This document shows positions 56,400 to 64,000 of a stretch of DNA of 64,000 nt, in pieces (the first letter of the stretch is position 1; each line of letters starts with the position of its first letter). The translations under genes and the position numbers were made by a program. The notes beneath the pieces were generated by a model. It saw only the letters and a program-made list of their open reading frames with translations. It was not told the DNA's origin and did not search any database. Origin of the DNA: a virus (lineage: Duplodnaviria; Caudoviricetes); IMG/VR virus record IMGVR_UViG_3300037067_008519, positions 58,332 through 122,331 of that record; one strand, written 5' to 3'.

Positions 56400-56880
56400 T
56401 CAACCCCTTACTAATGAAATCTCTTACTCCCCCGGTTTGCTCATAGTCAGTAGTAACTGCTAGAGATATTTCCTTGCCTGTAAGTAGTTCCCAGATCATC
56501 CTTACCCGCAATCTCCAAGGGTAGAGTTTGGAATACGCTCTTATACTAAAGTGCATGGAATTTGGGGGCCAAGTCGGGGCAGGATAATATTCAATTAATA
56601 AAGAATCTCCATCACACAAAGAACAAGGCCAAGCCCTACCATCCCAATCCACTAAAGATGAAGGCTGACTATCCCAAGCATTACATCTGTCCATTTTCTT
56701 TTCTCCTTTCTTTTCGATTGCTTTTGCACATTTTCTACAGGAATAATAATTTGGTTTACCTTCGAAAATATACTGAGCGCATTCCCAATAATTAAGGTCT
56801 TTAGCAATCTTTTTTCCACAGTAAGCTTTGCCGGTTTCCTTATTATAAAAATGGACTTTACCTCGAATAGACATTTTCAA
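56368..56880 (-). CDS. hypothetical Cys-rich protein
   Basis: H...YCG...CRKC; may be a fusion of two small genes. Confidence 0.5.
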   Translation of the reverse strand: MKMSIRGKVHFYNKETGKAYCGKKIAKDLNYWECAQYIFEGKPNYYSCRKCAKAIEKKGEKKMDRCNAWDSQPSSLVDWDGRAWPCSLCDGDSLLIEYYPAPTWPPNSMHFSIRAYSKLYPWRLRVRMIWELLTGKEISLAVTTDYEQTGGVRDFISKGLIEMEEKDGNT

Positions 56881-57083
56881 CCTCCGACTGATTTATTGAG
56901 GAATTCCAAAATATCTTTTAGATCTCTTGGCGAGTAATTGGAATAACCATAATCCCTATTTCCATCTATTTCCATCCTAGTGCAAACGCCTTCTTCTATT
57001 TCTAGTTTAATATCTATTGCATCACTTCTGTATGATAAAGAACCCTGATCTTCTCTATGAATTGACCACTTACCATTATACAT
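56877..57083 (-). CDS. hypothetical protein
   Basis: TAATG-coupled ATG at 57083. Confidence 0.5.
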   Translation of the reverse strand: MYNGKWSIHREDQGSLSYRSDAIDIKLEIEEGVCTRMEIDGNRDYGYSNYSPRDLKDILEFLNKSVGG

Positions 57084-57277
57084 TATTCTACCTTCCTTCT
57101 TTTGTGGTGGCCTTTGACCCATGTTTTATCAGCCGCAATCATCTCGCCACAGCCGCAGGCGCATTCATGCAAATCATTCTCAGATTCAATCGGAGTTTGA
57201 TCTACTTCAGAATCTTTTATAGCTTTCTTCGAGTAGCGGCCTTTTCCTTTCCAGAAATCTTCAGCTATCATTTTCAT
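57083..57277 (-). CDS. hypothetical protein with CACGCG..GH motif
   Basis: SD AGGAGG. Confidence 0.55.
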   Translation of the reverse strand: MKMIAEDFWKGKGRYSKKAIKDSEVDQTPIESENDLHECACGCGEMIAADKTWVKGHHKRRKVE

Positions 57278-57286
57278 TGTTACCTC

Positions 57287-57352
57287 CTAATAAGAAGCTA
57301 CCCAATCATACACCAAAGCATATTTTCCTTGAGTTAGGGAAATTTTTTTCAT
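57287..57352 (-). pseudogene. 21-codon HNH-AP2 N-terminal remnant
   Basis: MKKISLTQGKYALVYDWVASY*, matching MKKIPLTQGKFALV of 54573..54842. Confidence 0.7.
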
Positions 57353-57720
57353 TCCTCAGTTTCCTTAATCCAAGTTTCTATTCTTTCATCTAGTGGCCCT
57401 TCCCAAGTATCCTCAATATAGACCTCCGTGCCGGGGGCATATTTATAGTCACTATCTACTAATTTTTTAGCTATTTTAAAAGCTTGCTCCGCAGAATCAA
57501 GACAGTGAAATCCCCAACAAGCATTTTTTTCATAGCCCCCCTCTATAGAAAGGTACCAACGCCAATTAGTATTATCCTCCTCTTGTATCCGATACATTCT
57601 CACTTCTAGATCAGTCCAAGAAGGTCCGCTACTTTTTTCTACCATTTTTTCTCTCCTATTAAGTTCTTTTATCTTCAGCTCTACTCTTTTATTGTTTGTC
57701 CAAGTCTGGTGTCTACTCAA
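57349..57720 (-). CDS. hypothetical protein
   Basis: Operon packing. Confidence 0.55.
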   Translation of the reverse strand: MSRHQTWTNNKRVELKIKELNRREKMVEKSSGPSWTDLEVRMYRIQEEDNTNWRWYLSIEGGYEKNACWGFHCLDSAEQAFKIAKKLVDSDYKYAPGTEVYIEDTWEGPLDERIETWIKETEE

Positions 57721-57721
57721 T

Positions 57722-58231
57722 TTAATAGCTCACATGAATTAAAGCATTAAGCTCAAGGGCTTTTTCTAAGAATTTAATCAGCCGCGCTTTCTTGTCTACG
57801 AAATATTTTGTCCATTTGGCAGGATCATCATCTTCTGCTACCGGATTTAAAAATTGCATGAAATTACTTTGAACAATTTTTGTCATGGGAACAATGTTCC
57901 GATTTCGCACATCAAACAAAAACTTCTGAATATTTTCTCGGTTCATATTCTGAGCATCATCAAGGTACTTAGTGAAATCTAAATGGTCGAGCTGAAACAT
58001 TAGGTTGTAAGGATTGTAACTATCCTCAAAATCTCCCCCGCCAATGTTCTTAAAAGCTTTCTCATACATTTGATCCTCTTTTTTTGAAAGTCTAGAATAC
58101 TTCTTGCTCGGATAATGAGCATTACTGGTATCTAGCTTATGCTGAATTTCCAGATATTTGAAGTAGTATTTATGGAATGATTTGCGATCAATGATTTTAA
58201 ATGTAGCTCCCATTATACCCAATCCTTCCAT
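57722..58231 (-). CDS. hypothetical protein
   Basis: Operon packing; start probably ATG 58213. Confidence 0.55.
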   Translation of the reverse strand: MEGLGIMGATFKIIDRKSFHKYYFKYLEIQHKLDTSNAHYPSKKYSRLSKKEDQMYEKAFKNIGGGDFEDSYNPYNLMFQLDHLDFTKYLDDAQNMNRENIQKFLFDVRNRNIVPMTKIVQSNFMQFLNPVAEDDDPAKWTKYFVDKKARLIKFLEKALELNALIHVSY

Positions 58232-58407
58232 TTAATTTCAATCCGAATAATACCGTCATCATATTCTGAATGCTTTAAAACGAGTTTTTGTAAGAAATCA
58301 TTAATATCCATCCATTTATCAACATACCCCGTGCCGTGGCAATATTCACAATCTCCTGAAATCAAAATAGGACACCAATCACATTCTTTTCTAAGATGTA
58401 TTTGCAT
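58213..58407 (-). CDS. small Cys-rich protein
   Basis: CDWC...CEYCHGTGY. Confidence 0.55.
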   Translation of the reverse strand: MQIHLRKECDWCPILISGDCEYCHGTGYVDKWMDINDFLQKLVLKHSEYDDGIIRIEIKWKDWV

Positions 58408-58751
58408 TATTCAATCTCCACTTTGTCTTTATACATTGTTTGTCCATAAAGTTCATAGTCAAAAGAACCATATTTATCTTTGTGTTCATCATAGTATTTT
58501 TCTGCATCTTCTTCATATTTGAACACACCACAAATATTAGGGCATTCGCCGGGCAGATGCTGGTAGATTACCCAAACATACTCTTTCTCTTCAGGATAGC
58601 CGGGACATACTTCTATACAATGTTTACATTTATTCTTCTGTGAACAATAGAAACAACAAGTTCCTTTTAAATCCTTCCCCGGCACTTCTGAAGCAGGGCA
58701 CCACCTATTAAAACATTGCTTCAAATTAGAATCATAGAATTGACAATCCAT
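58407..58751 (-). CDS. Cys-rich hypothetical protein
   Basis: ATG 58751 after SD AGGAGG; the longer track ORF overlaps the promoter. Confidence 0.6.
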   Translation of the reverse strand: MDCQFYDSNLKQCFNRWCPASEVPGKDLKGTCCFYCSQKNKCKHCIEVCPGYPEEKEYVWVIYQHLPGECPNICGVFKYEEDAEKYYDEHKDKYGSFDYELYGQTMYKDKVEIE

Positions 58752-58776
58752 TTTCAACCTCCTTTTTCTTATTCTC

Positions 58777-58805
58777 ATTCTAAACTGTTTTGTGTAAGTT
58801 GTCAA
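58777..58805 (-). promoter_or_regulatory. sigma70-type promoter
   Basis: TTGACA-N17-TAGAAT on the - strand. Confidence 0.7.
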
Positions 58806-58826
58806 GTATTTTATTTAAGATTTTTC

Positions 58827-58855
58827 TTGCATAGCCCGCAGGGATATGGTAATCT
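58827..58855 (+). promoter_or_regulatory. divergent sigma70-type promoter with extended -10
   Basis: TTGCAT-N17-TAATCT with TG. Confidence 0.55.
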
Positions 58856-58877
58856 GATATTAGAAAGGAGGTTTAAG

Positions 58878-59315
58878 ATGATAGATTTAGTTGAACATGC
58901 TAGGACTAACCTTGAGACAATGGAAAGGGCTGAGGTATATGCTTCCCTGTCTGACCTGAAAAAAGATGTGTCTGAGGCTATGGAAGATATCAAACCGGCT
59001 ATCATAGAGGACATGGTAAGGTTAGAAGTTAGGAGATTAGGCAGAATTCGCATGGACATGGTGCGGGCAGCTTTGGAAGAGTCTGACCTTAATAGCAAGT
59101 CTGGTTTGTGTTGGCTTGAGAAAGAGTTAGAGAAGCGAGTAGGCAAGGAGTGTGCTAGGAAAATATTTCTTAGAATGACTATCCAGGTTAGGAAACTCCG
59201 TCCTGCTGCTGTTCTGAAGTCTGAGAGGGTTGAGCTGAAAAGTAAGTCCGTCTGCCTTGATGAAATTATCTGCTCGATTACCGGGAAGCGTCCTAAGATA
59301 GTGGTAGAAAAGTAG
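58878..59315 (+). CDS. hypothetical protein, stand-alone inverted gene
   Basis: SD AAGGAGGT; has its own promoter and terminator. Confidence 0.65.
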   Translation: MIDLVEHARTNLETMERAEVYASLSDLKKDVSEAMEDIKPAIIEDMVRLEVRRLGRIRMDMVRAALEESDLNSKSGLCWLEKELEKRVGKECARKIFLRMTIQVRKLRPAAVLKSERVELKSKSVCLDEIICSITGKRPKIVVEK

Positions 59316-59338
59316 AACCCCCAACCCTCATTAGAAGT

Positions 59339-59361
59339 AAAGCCCCCGAAATGGGGGCTTT
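59339..59361. terminator. bidirectional intrinsic terminator
   Basis: AAAGCCCCC-GAAAT-GGGGGCTTT between convergent genes. Confidence 0.75.
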
Positions 59362-59578
59362 AATCTTTAACCCAAACTAATTTTCCTTTTTGAATTGAGC
59401 CTTTGAATCCTGGTTTTTTGATTTCTCTTGGTGTTAACTCACCCGCCGCTCTCTTTCCCCATCCGGTGCTTTCTGTAAGTCTCCAAACTCTCCCATCCTC
59501 CATTACCATAATATCCCCCGGCTCTGCATCCCAATTTCTTTCATTATAGGGTAATATCTTTCTGTCTTTTCTAGTCAT
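59360..59578 (-). CDS. hypothetical protein
   Basis: SD AAGGAGGT. Confidence 0.6.
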   Translation of the reverse strand: MTRKDRKILPYNERNWDAEPGDIMVMEDGRVWRLTESTGWGKRAAGELTPREIKKPGFKGSIQKGKLVWVKD

Positions 59579-59590
59579 TCTGTTACCTCC

Positions 59591-59683
59591 TTAAATCTTT
59601 CCTGCCAGCTTACCAACAAGCCACCACATAGCCAGAAACAACGCCGCAGCTATCAAAACATGAACACCATTAATACTAGACAT
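59591..59683 (-). CDS. 30-aa single-TM peptide (not in ORF track)
   Basis: MSSINGVHVLIAAALFLAMWWLVGKLAGKI; SD GAGGAGG and TAATG coupling. Confidence 0.55.
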   Translation of the reverse strand: MSSINGVHVLIAAALFLAMWWLVGKLAGKI

Positions 59684-59907
59684 TATACCTCCTCTAAAGG
59701 TTGAAAGCTTGTCATAACACCAATACTGTCTGTTTCATACTCAATAGGAATCCCGCGAGGGTTCCCTAAAACATCTATCAAGGTTTGCAATCCTCTGTGT
59801 TCAATATAGACGGGAAAAGTTGTATCTTCATCTTCAAGATTAGTCATCCATAAAATTGATACTGTTCCTTGATACTCAATATCCTCTATAATCCCAATTT
59901 TAGACAT
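59683..59907 (-). CDS. hypothetical protein
   Basis: SD AAGGAGG. Confidence 0.6.
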   Translation of the reverse strand: MSKIGIIEDIEYQGTVSILWMTNLEDEDTTFPVYIEHRGLQTLIDVLGNPRGIPIEYETDSIGVMTSFQPLEEV

Positions 59908-59910
59908 TAG

Positions 59911-60363
59911 TTATTCCTCCTTAACTAATCTATCAAGCTCGTTTGTATTTACTACATACCCCATTACAAACCTGCCGGTTTCATCTGTTTCCGAGGCTAT
60001 CTGAATATATTGTTTATTTTTGTTGAAAGCACTTGGAATTATACTTGTTATAATCCCGTGGTAAAGACTATCTAACTTGACCTTATCCCCTATTTTGAAA
60101 TTCAATTTTCCCTTGTTGCTATACTTCTGAGTTTCCCATATGTAGAAATCATTATCCCCACTGTTAGTATAGAAGTAAGTTTGATCTATTGCTGCATCCT
60201 TAATAGAAATATAAAGAGCATTATTATATTCATCTTCATACTCTGCTTCACCCTCTGTTATCTCTGCAATCAGTTTTTGACCGTCTGCTATGGATTCAAC
60301 CTCGAATATATCATTTAGAACCCCACCGTAAACACATACTACCACTAACGTATGATTATCCAT
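59911..60363 (-). CDS. hypothetical protein
   Basis: SD AAGGAGGT; C-terminal FKIGDKVK SH3-like start. Confidence 0.6.
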   Translation of the reverse strand: MDNHTLVVVCVYGGVLNDIFEVESIADGQKLIAEITEGEAEYEDEYNNALYISIKDAAIDQTYFYTNSGDNDFYIWETQKYSNKGKLNFKIGDKVKLDSLYHGIITSIIPSAFNKNKQYIQIASETDETGRFVMGYVVNTNELDRLVKEE

Positions 60364-60377
60364 TTTTTATTACCTCC

Positions 60378-60653
60378 TTATAATATTACTTGAGGGTCAA
60401 TAATCTCCCCTAAATCATGAAGTTTACCTTCAATAAACCTTGCTATAAACTGAGATTTACCCCTTTCGTTGCTACCACTAGTCAAATAAAATTCCACAAC
60501 GTCTGCTTTTTTATCTGCATCATAGTAGCAGTTTACTCTTCCACCAGTGTTCCATCCTCTGATGTGTCCGGTGATCCCCGAATTCTTAGTTCCTTGTCTG
60601 GTCGCCTCCCCGCGATTGCCAACAATACTTGCGTAAAATTGCGACATTTTCAA
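60378..60653 (-). CDS. hypothetical protein
   Basis: SD AAGGAGG. Confidence 0.6.
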   Translation of the reverse strand: MKMSQFYASIVGNRGEATRQGTKNSGITGHIRGWNTGGRVNCYYDADKKADVVEFYLTSGSNERGKSQFIARFIEGKLHDLGEIIDPQVIL

Positions 60654-61198
60654 CCCTCCTTTGGTTGAACATGCCAGTTGGGAACATTGCCAATATCTTC
60701 TTCTCTGTTCTTTTCAGCCGTTTCCCATGACAAATCACCTTTGATTAAATCCCAACCTGTATGTCCTAATCTGTTCTTTGCTCCGTCCATGAAAAAACCG
60801 AGCATACTCGCAATAGCATCTAGACTGTGCCGGGCATCCTTCATAACTTCTCTAGCATTGTTCCCGGTGAAACTGTCAAGGAAAGCAGAGATACCATATT
60901 GATAGAGTGCTTCAACCTTCATTAAGTCTGTTATTTCACCTTCAAAATTCTCCATGCCAACACACTCTAGGGCATTTTGCAAACCCTTTACTCCTGCTTC
61001 ACTAGGGGACACCGCATGAACCTCTACCTGATACTTAAAACCAACCTCCTTTAATTCTGATTCTGATAAGCTCTCCTCTAGATTGATAAATTCTACCACT
61101 ATCCAATAATCAAAGTCTCCATTATTTAGTTTCTTTGTTACCCATGTGCCGCCGTATGTCTGCCAATTAATATCGCCTGTTAGAAATGTTAGCCGCAT
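60650..61198 (-). CDS. hypothetical protein
   Basis: SD GAGGGG. Confidence 0.6.
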   Translation of the reverse strand: MRLTFLTGDINWQTYGGTWVTKKLNNGDFDYWIVVEFINLEESLSESELKEVGFKYQVEVHAVSPSEAGVKGLQNALECVGMENFEGEITDLMKVEALYQYGISAFLDSFTGNNAREVMKDARHSLDAIASMLGFFMDGAKNRLGHTGWDLIKGDLSWETAEKNREEDIGNVPNWHVQPKEG

Positions 61199-61230
61199 GA
61201 TCTAAATCATCCCCTCTCGATTGATTGCGG

Positions 61231-61677
61231 TCACGCCTCCGCTTTTTCGTTTTGGAGCACTCCCGCCGCCTGCATCTGCGCGGCCAGATCAGTATCATCC
61301 AGGACCCATTGTAGATCCCAGTCCGCATTGTCGTACCATGCACATATCGCCTCTATGCAATCCATCAGCGTGTCGGCGTAGTGGTGATCGATATCCTCGT
61401 CGTACTCGCCATCCTCGGATGTAGCCATAATCGCCCAGTGGTATGTTTGATCGTTATGCTGGCGCAGATCGATGGAGATCGTAAGTCTCCCGTGATCCGT
61501 TCCTGTTCCCCAGTCGCCCTTGATTGTGGCCAGATCGAGGGCATCATTGTCGTAGCCATCCTCGTTTCGGAGGCCCAAACCCCGCCGTATGTGATCATAC
61601 GCGGCGGCGCTACCCATTTCGGAGATCAATCGCCGCACGTCCTCCGGTGCCTGTCCCGCCCAAAGTGTCTTTCTCAT
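61231..61677 (-). CDS. hypothetical acidic protein (GC-rich patch)
   Basis: SD GGAGGG; ATGA coupling. Confidence 0.55.
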   Translation of the reverse strand: MRKTLWAGQAPEDVRRLISEMGSAAAYDHIRRGLGLRNEDGYDNDALDLATIKGDWGTGTDHGRLTISIDLRQHNDQTYHWAIMATSEDGEYDEDIDHHYADTLMDCIEAICAWYDNADWDLQWVLDDTDLAAQMQAAGVLQNEKAEA

Positions 61678-61913
61678 TTTCCCTCCCCCTCTCCTTTCCG
61701 GCTATTGATCTCACTCAGTTTTCGCATGGCTCCCGCATAATCAACAAACCAATATTCTGCAGCTTTTCCGGGAAAACACACGCACCATTCTTTTGCTTTG
61801 GTTATTGGATCGGAATATTTGGCGTGGGCCTCTATGTTGTTCTCTCGCGCCAACTCTGCAACTTTGTAAGCATCCCTCTGATTCATTTCCCCTCTCCTTT
61901 CTCCTCCAGCCAC
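61674..61913 (-). CDS. hypothetical protein (GC-rich patch)
   Basis: Start probably at MNQRD. Confidence 0.5.
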   Translation of the reverse strand: MAGGERRGEMNQRDAYKVAELARENNIEAHAKYSDPITKAKEWCVCFPGKAAEYWFVDYAGAMRKLSEINSRKGEGEGK

Positions 61914-61926
61914 TCAAGTAGTCGTT

Positions 61927-62301
61927 TTATCCACTCTCCCGCTCCCTTGGCGGATTGAATACATACTCCGGGTGTTCGTTCGTGTACTCCGCAAGCGCCT
62001 TCTCTGCTTTGTCAGGGTTGATACCATATTGAATACAGAATGAATCGAACTTAGTTCTATTTTTTACCCTGCCACTAATCCGCAATAGATAAGACAGTTC
62101 ATAAAATACGCCGTACTCTGTTAATGTAGCATCCTCTATCGGCGTAGCGCACCTATCACAAACCGGGTAATGGTCAACCTCGTCAGTATCAAATATTACC
62201 CCATAGTCATTAGGATTAGGGAACCCGTTATCTTTTACGTGTTGTTCGTAACAATTAGGACAAATAATAACTCCCTCGTAAATATAACCTATTACCTCCA
62301 T
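61927..62301 (-). CDS. zinc-binding hypothetical protein
   Basis: CPNC...CDRC; SD AAGGAGG. Confidence 0.6.
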   Translation of the reverse strand: MEVIGYIYEGVIICPNCYEQHVKDNGFPNPNDYGVIFDTDEVDHYPVCDRCATPIEDATLTEYGVFYELSYLLRISGRVKNRTKFDSFCIQYGINPDKAEKALAEYTNEHPEYVFNPPRERESG

Positions 62302-62425
62302 AACTCTAAACCTCCTTCAAACAGGCTCTAAGACCGTAAGGTGCCCGGCTAATTGTCCCGTCTGGTTCGATTCTGAAACTTCCAACTTTGTAATACCAGC
62401 TATCACCACAAACTTACAAACCTCC

Positions 62426-62701
62426 TTACCGTTTTGTCTCAAATTCTATCCTATTAAATTGGTCCAAGTCGTGTCCCATTATGTATTGCATATCACTGTC
62501 GGGATTTTCAGGCCATATAAGCAACTCTAGTGTCCCATCCTCATTAGCACAACCGCGAATGTCTAACACCCTTTTGGATTCCCCGTTATCCCTCATATAA
62601 ATGGTAAGATCAAAACCTCCCTCCTTCGCCCTAGGGCCTCCCGTCAATTTTTCCTGCCGCCCGTCAATAATTCCTTCGATCCAAAAGTTACGCATTGACA
62701 T
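62426..62701 (-). CDS. hypothetical protein
   Basis: SD AAGGAGG. Confidence 0.6.
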   Translation of the reverse strand: MSMRNFWIEGIIDGRQEKLTGGPRAKEGGFDLTIYMRDNGESKRVLDIRGCANEDGTLELLIWPENPDSDMQYIMGHDLDQFNRIEFETKR

Positions 62702-62898
62702 TTTCCGACCTCCTTAATGATATGTAGCTTCTGATATGTAGCTTCCCACGTTATTTTATAGACGTTTATATCATCTCCGTGGTGTTCTTTGGCTAGTTTT
62801 TCCGCGTAGATATGAGCATCATTTTGATTATCAAAAGTCTTTTGGTGTGTCATTCCTAGATGCTCAGTTTTTACTATGAATCTGTCTTTGCGTGTCAT
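62644..62898 (-). CDS. hypothetical protein
   Basis: SD AAGGAGG. Confidence 0.5.
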   Translation of the reverse strand: MTRKDRFIVKTEHLGMTHQKTFDNQNDAHIYAEKLAKEHHGDDINVYKITWEATYQKLHIIKEVGKCQCVTFGSKELLTGGRKN

Positions 62899-63020
62899 AA
62901 ATCAAACCTCCTTAACGGCCCGCCGCTGAGTGTGCAAACTGTTTCCCTCCTTAAATCAATTCTTTTTGATAATTCTAACCTAGCACTAATCGGAAACCGC
63001 GTCAATAGAAAATGTAAAAG

Positions 63021-63425
63021 TTATTTAACCTCGAATGTAGGGGATTCCATTAAACCGATATCACATTTGATTTGATGCTCTCTTGCTCGATCTTCGCGCC
63101 GAGCATCCGGGCTATAAGGCCTGTCCGCAATAGGTAACCCAGCGGATTTGATTTTAAATTTAAATTTAGAATCATGGGAGGGTTTAAAACCATTTATCCA
63201 TTGCCAGTAATGGACTAATTCATGCAATAACGTAACAGATGGATAAGGACAAAAACAACTAATACGTATGTCACAGGATGCGCCACTTAAATAACTCCCC
63301 CGCCATCTAAATATCCCATAATAACTGAGGGCTTTAGTTCCAATAATAGGCGGAATGGTATTTAAATCATCAAAATATTGAGCTACTAACAATTCCGCGA
63401 GGTCGGTAAGCTCCTTGTTAGTCAA
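63021..63425 (-). CDS. SprT-like zinc metalloprotease
   Basis: YF...L, G.F, TLLHELVH, H...F. Confidence 0.75.
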   Translation of the reverse strand: MTNKELTDLAELLVAQYFDDLNTIPPIIGTKALSYYGIFRWRGSYLSGASCDIRISCFCPYPSVTLLHELVHYWQWINGFKPSHDSKFKFKIKSAGLPIADRPYSPDARREDRAREHQIKCDIGLMESPTFEVK

Positions 63426-63428
63426 AAC

Positions 63429-63620
63429 TTAAACCTCCTTGCGTGTGAAACGGTGATAACCCATTAACGCATTATCAATAATGAATTCATCTGAAAGTGT
63501 TTCTTTGTCTTTAGCTGAAAGATCAGGCGAATAAATAAGAATGTTATTCACCTTTGTTCGATCTAAAGCCGCATTAACATAGTCTCGCATGGCCTGAATC
63601 CGCGCCGGTTGTTTCACCAT
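63429..63620 (-). CDS. hypothetical protein
   Basis: SD AAGGAGG. Confidence 0.55.
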   Translation of the reverse strand: MVKQPARIQAMRDYVNAALDRTKVNNILIYSPDLSAKDKETLSDEFIIDNALMGYHRFTRKEV

Positions 63621-64000
63621 TTAATCAACCTCCTTAATAGCTTGCCATATTTCGGGAATCTGCCGTTGATATTTCCTGCAAAGTTTTTTAGCTAATACGG
63701 CTTGCTTAGGTGTCAGTTGATCAAACCCCGCTAGACTATGCCCTATATTTGCATCAAACTTGTTAAACCCTACACCATCAAGGTCGCGGGCATAATCACA
63801 CATTCCCGCTATTGCCTGAATCCCTGCATGGATTAGTTTAGCTTGCTCAGATGTAATGGTTTCGGATTCCTTTTCAACCTGTTTACGGCTAATGTTTACC
63901 GTTTCAGGCTCAGGCATCGGGATAACAATTTGCTCAGGCATACCTTTTTGTGTTTCCTTATCTAATGCCCTATCAATTATAGCTTGCTTTGCAACTAGTG
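63621..64000 (-). CDS. C-terminal part of a gene running off the window, probably an SNF2-type helicase
   Basis: Frame open to the window end: LVAKQAIIDRALD...CDYA..DG.GFNK.D...G..LA...LT.KQ. Confidence 0.5.
   Translation of the reverse strand, partial: LVAKQAIIDRALDKETQKGMPEQIVIPMPEPETVNISRKQVEKESETITSEQAKLIHAGIQAIAGMCDYARDLDGVGFNKFDANIGHSLAGFDQLTPKQAVLAKKLCRKYQRQIPEIWQAIKEVD

Noticed and set aside
62325-62385. GGTTCGATTC, resembling a tRNA T-loop
   Set aside because: The T-stem pairs poorly, and no acceptor or D arm can be formed.
1984-62902. Antisense or nested ORFs in the track (e.g. 1984..2295, 12018..12314, 16880..17200, 24842..25159, 58811..59146, 61381..61740, 61524..61958)
   Set aside because: They are shadows of well-supported genes, with no SD or recognisable motifs.
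1-64000. Stop-codon reassignment
   Set aside because: Long genes are intact in the standard code, and all three stop codons end genes.

Overview
A 64 kb slice of an AT-rich tailed-phage (Caudoviricetes) genome, probably infecting an anaerobe (nrdD/nrdG, strong AAGGAGG ribosome-binding sites, sigma70-type promoters). The order is: end of the tail/baseplate module (1-12.6 kb); an HNH gene and an amidase endolysin; a GC-rich three-gene insert (DUF3467-like, small ORF, Cys-rich RelE-like toxin) flanked by hairpins and a candidate structured RNA; a long + strand replication/recombination/nucleotide-metabolism block (helicase, primase, NrdD/G, RNA ligase, SSB, RuvC, beta-clamp, Cas4-like exonuclease, RecA, DNA methyltransferase, intein-containing PolA, CCA enzyme); an inverted RuvB; and a - strand run of small early-type genes that runs off the window. 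The best lead is that two unrelated putative DNA-modification genes (PAPS-reductase-like and radical SAM) are both broken at an identical T-G9-CA tract that reads WGGQ in frame with G8. The PAPS-like protein and the DNA methyltransferase also end in QxxLF clamp-binding-like motifs, in a phage that encodes its own clamp. Together these suggest a switchable, replication-coupled DNA modification system, although homopolymer sequencing error must be excluded first. Other leads are the DUF3467-X-RelE cassette, a tail spike gene with no canonical start, SG-dipeptide enrichment in a tail protein, and RuvB without RuvA. All family calls come from motif recognition by eye; no database searches were run.
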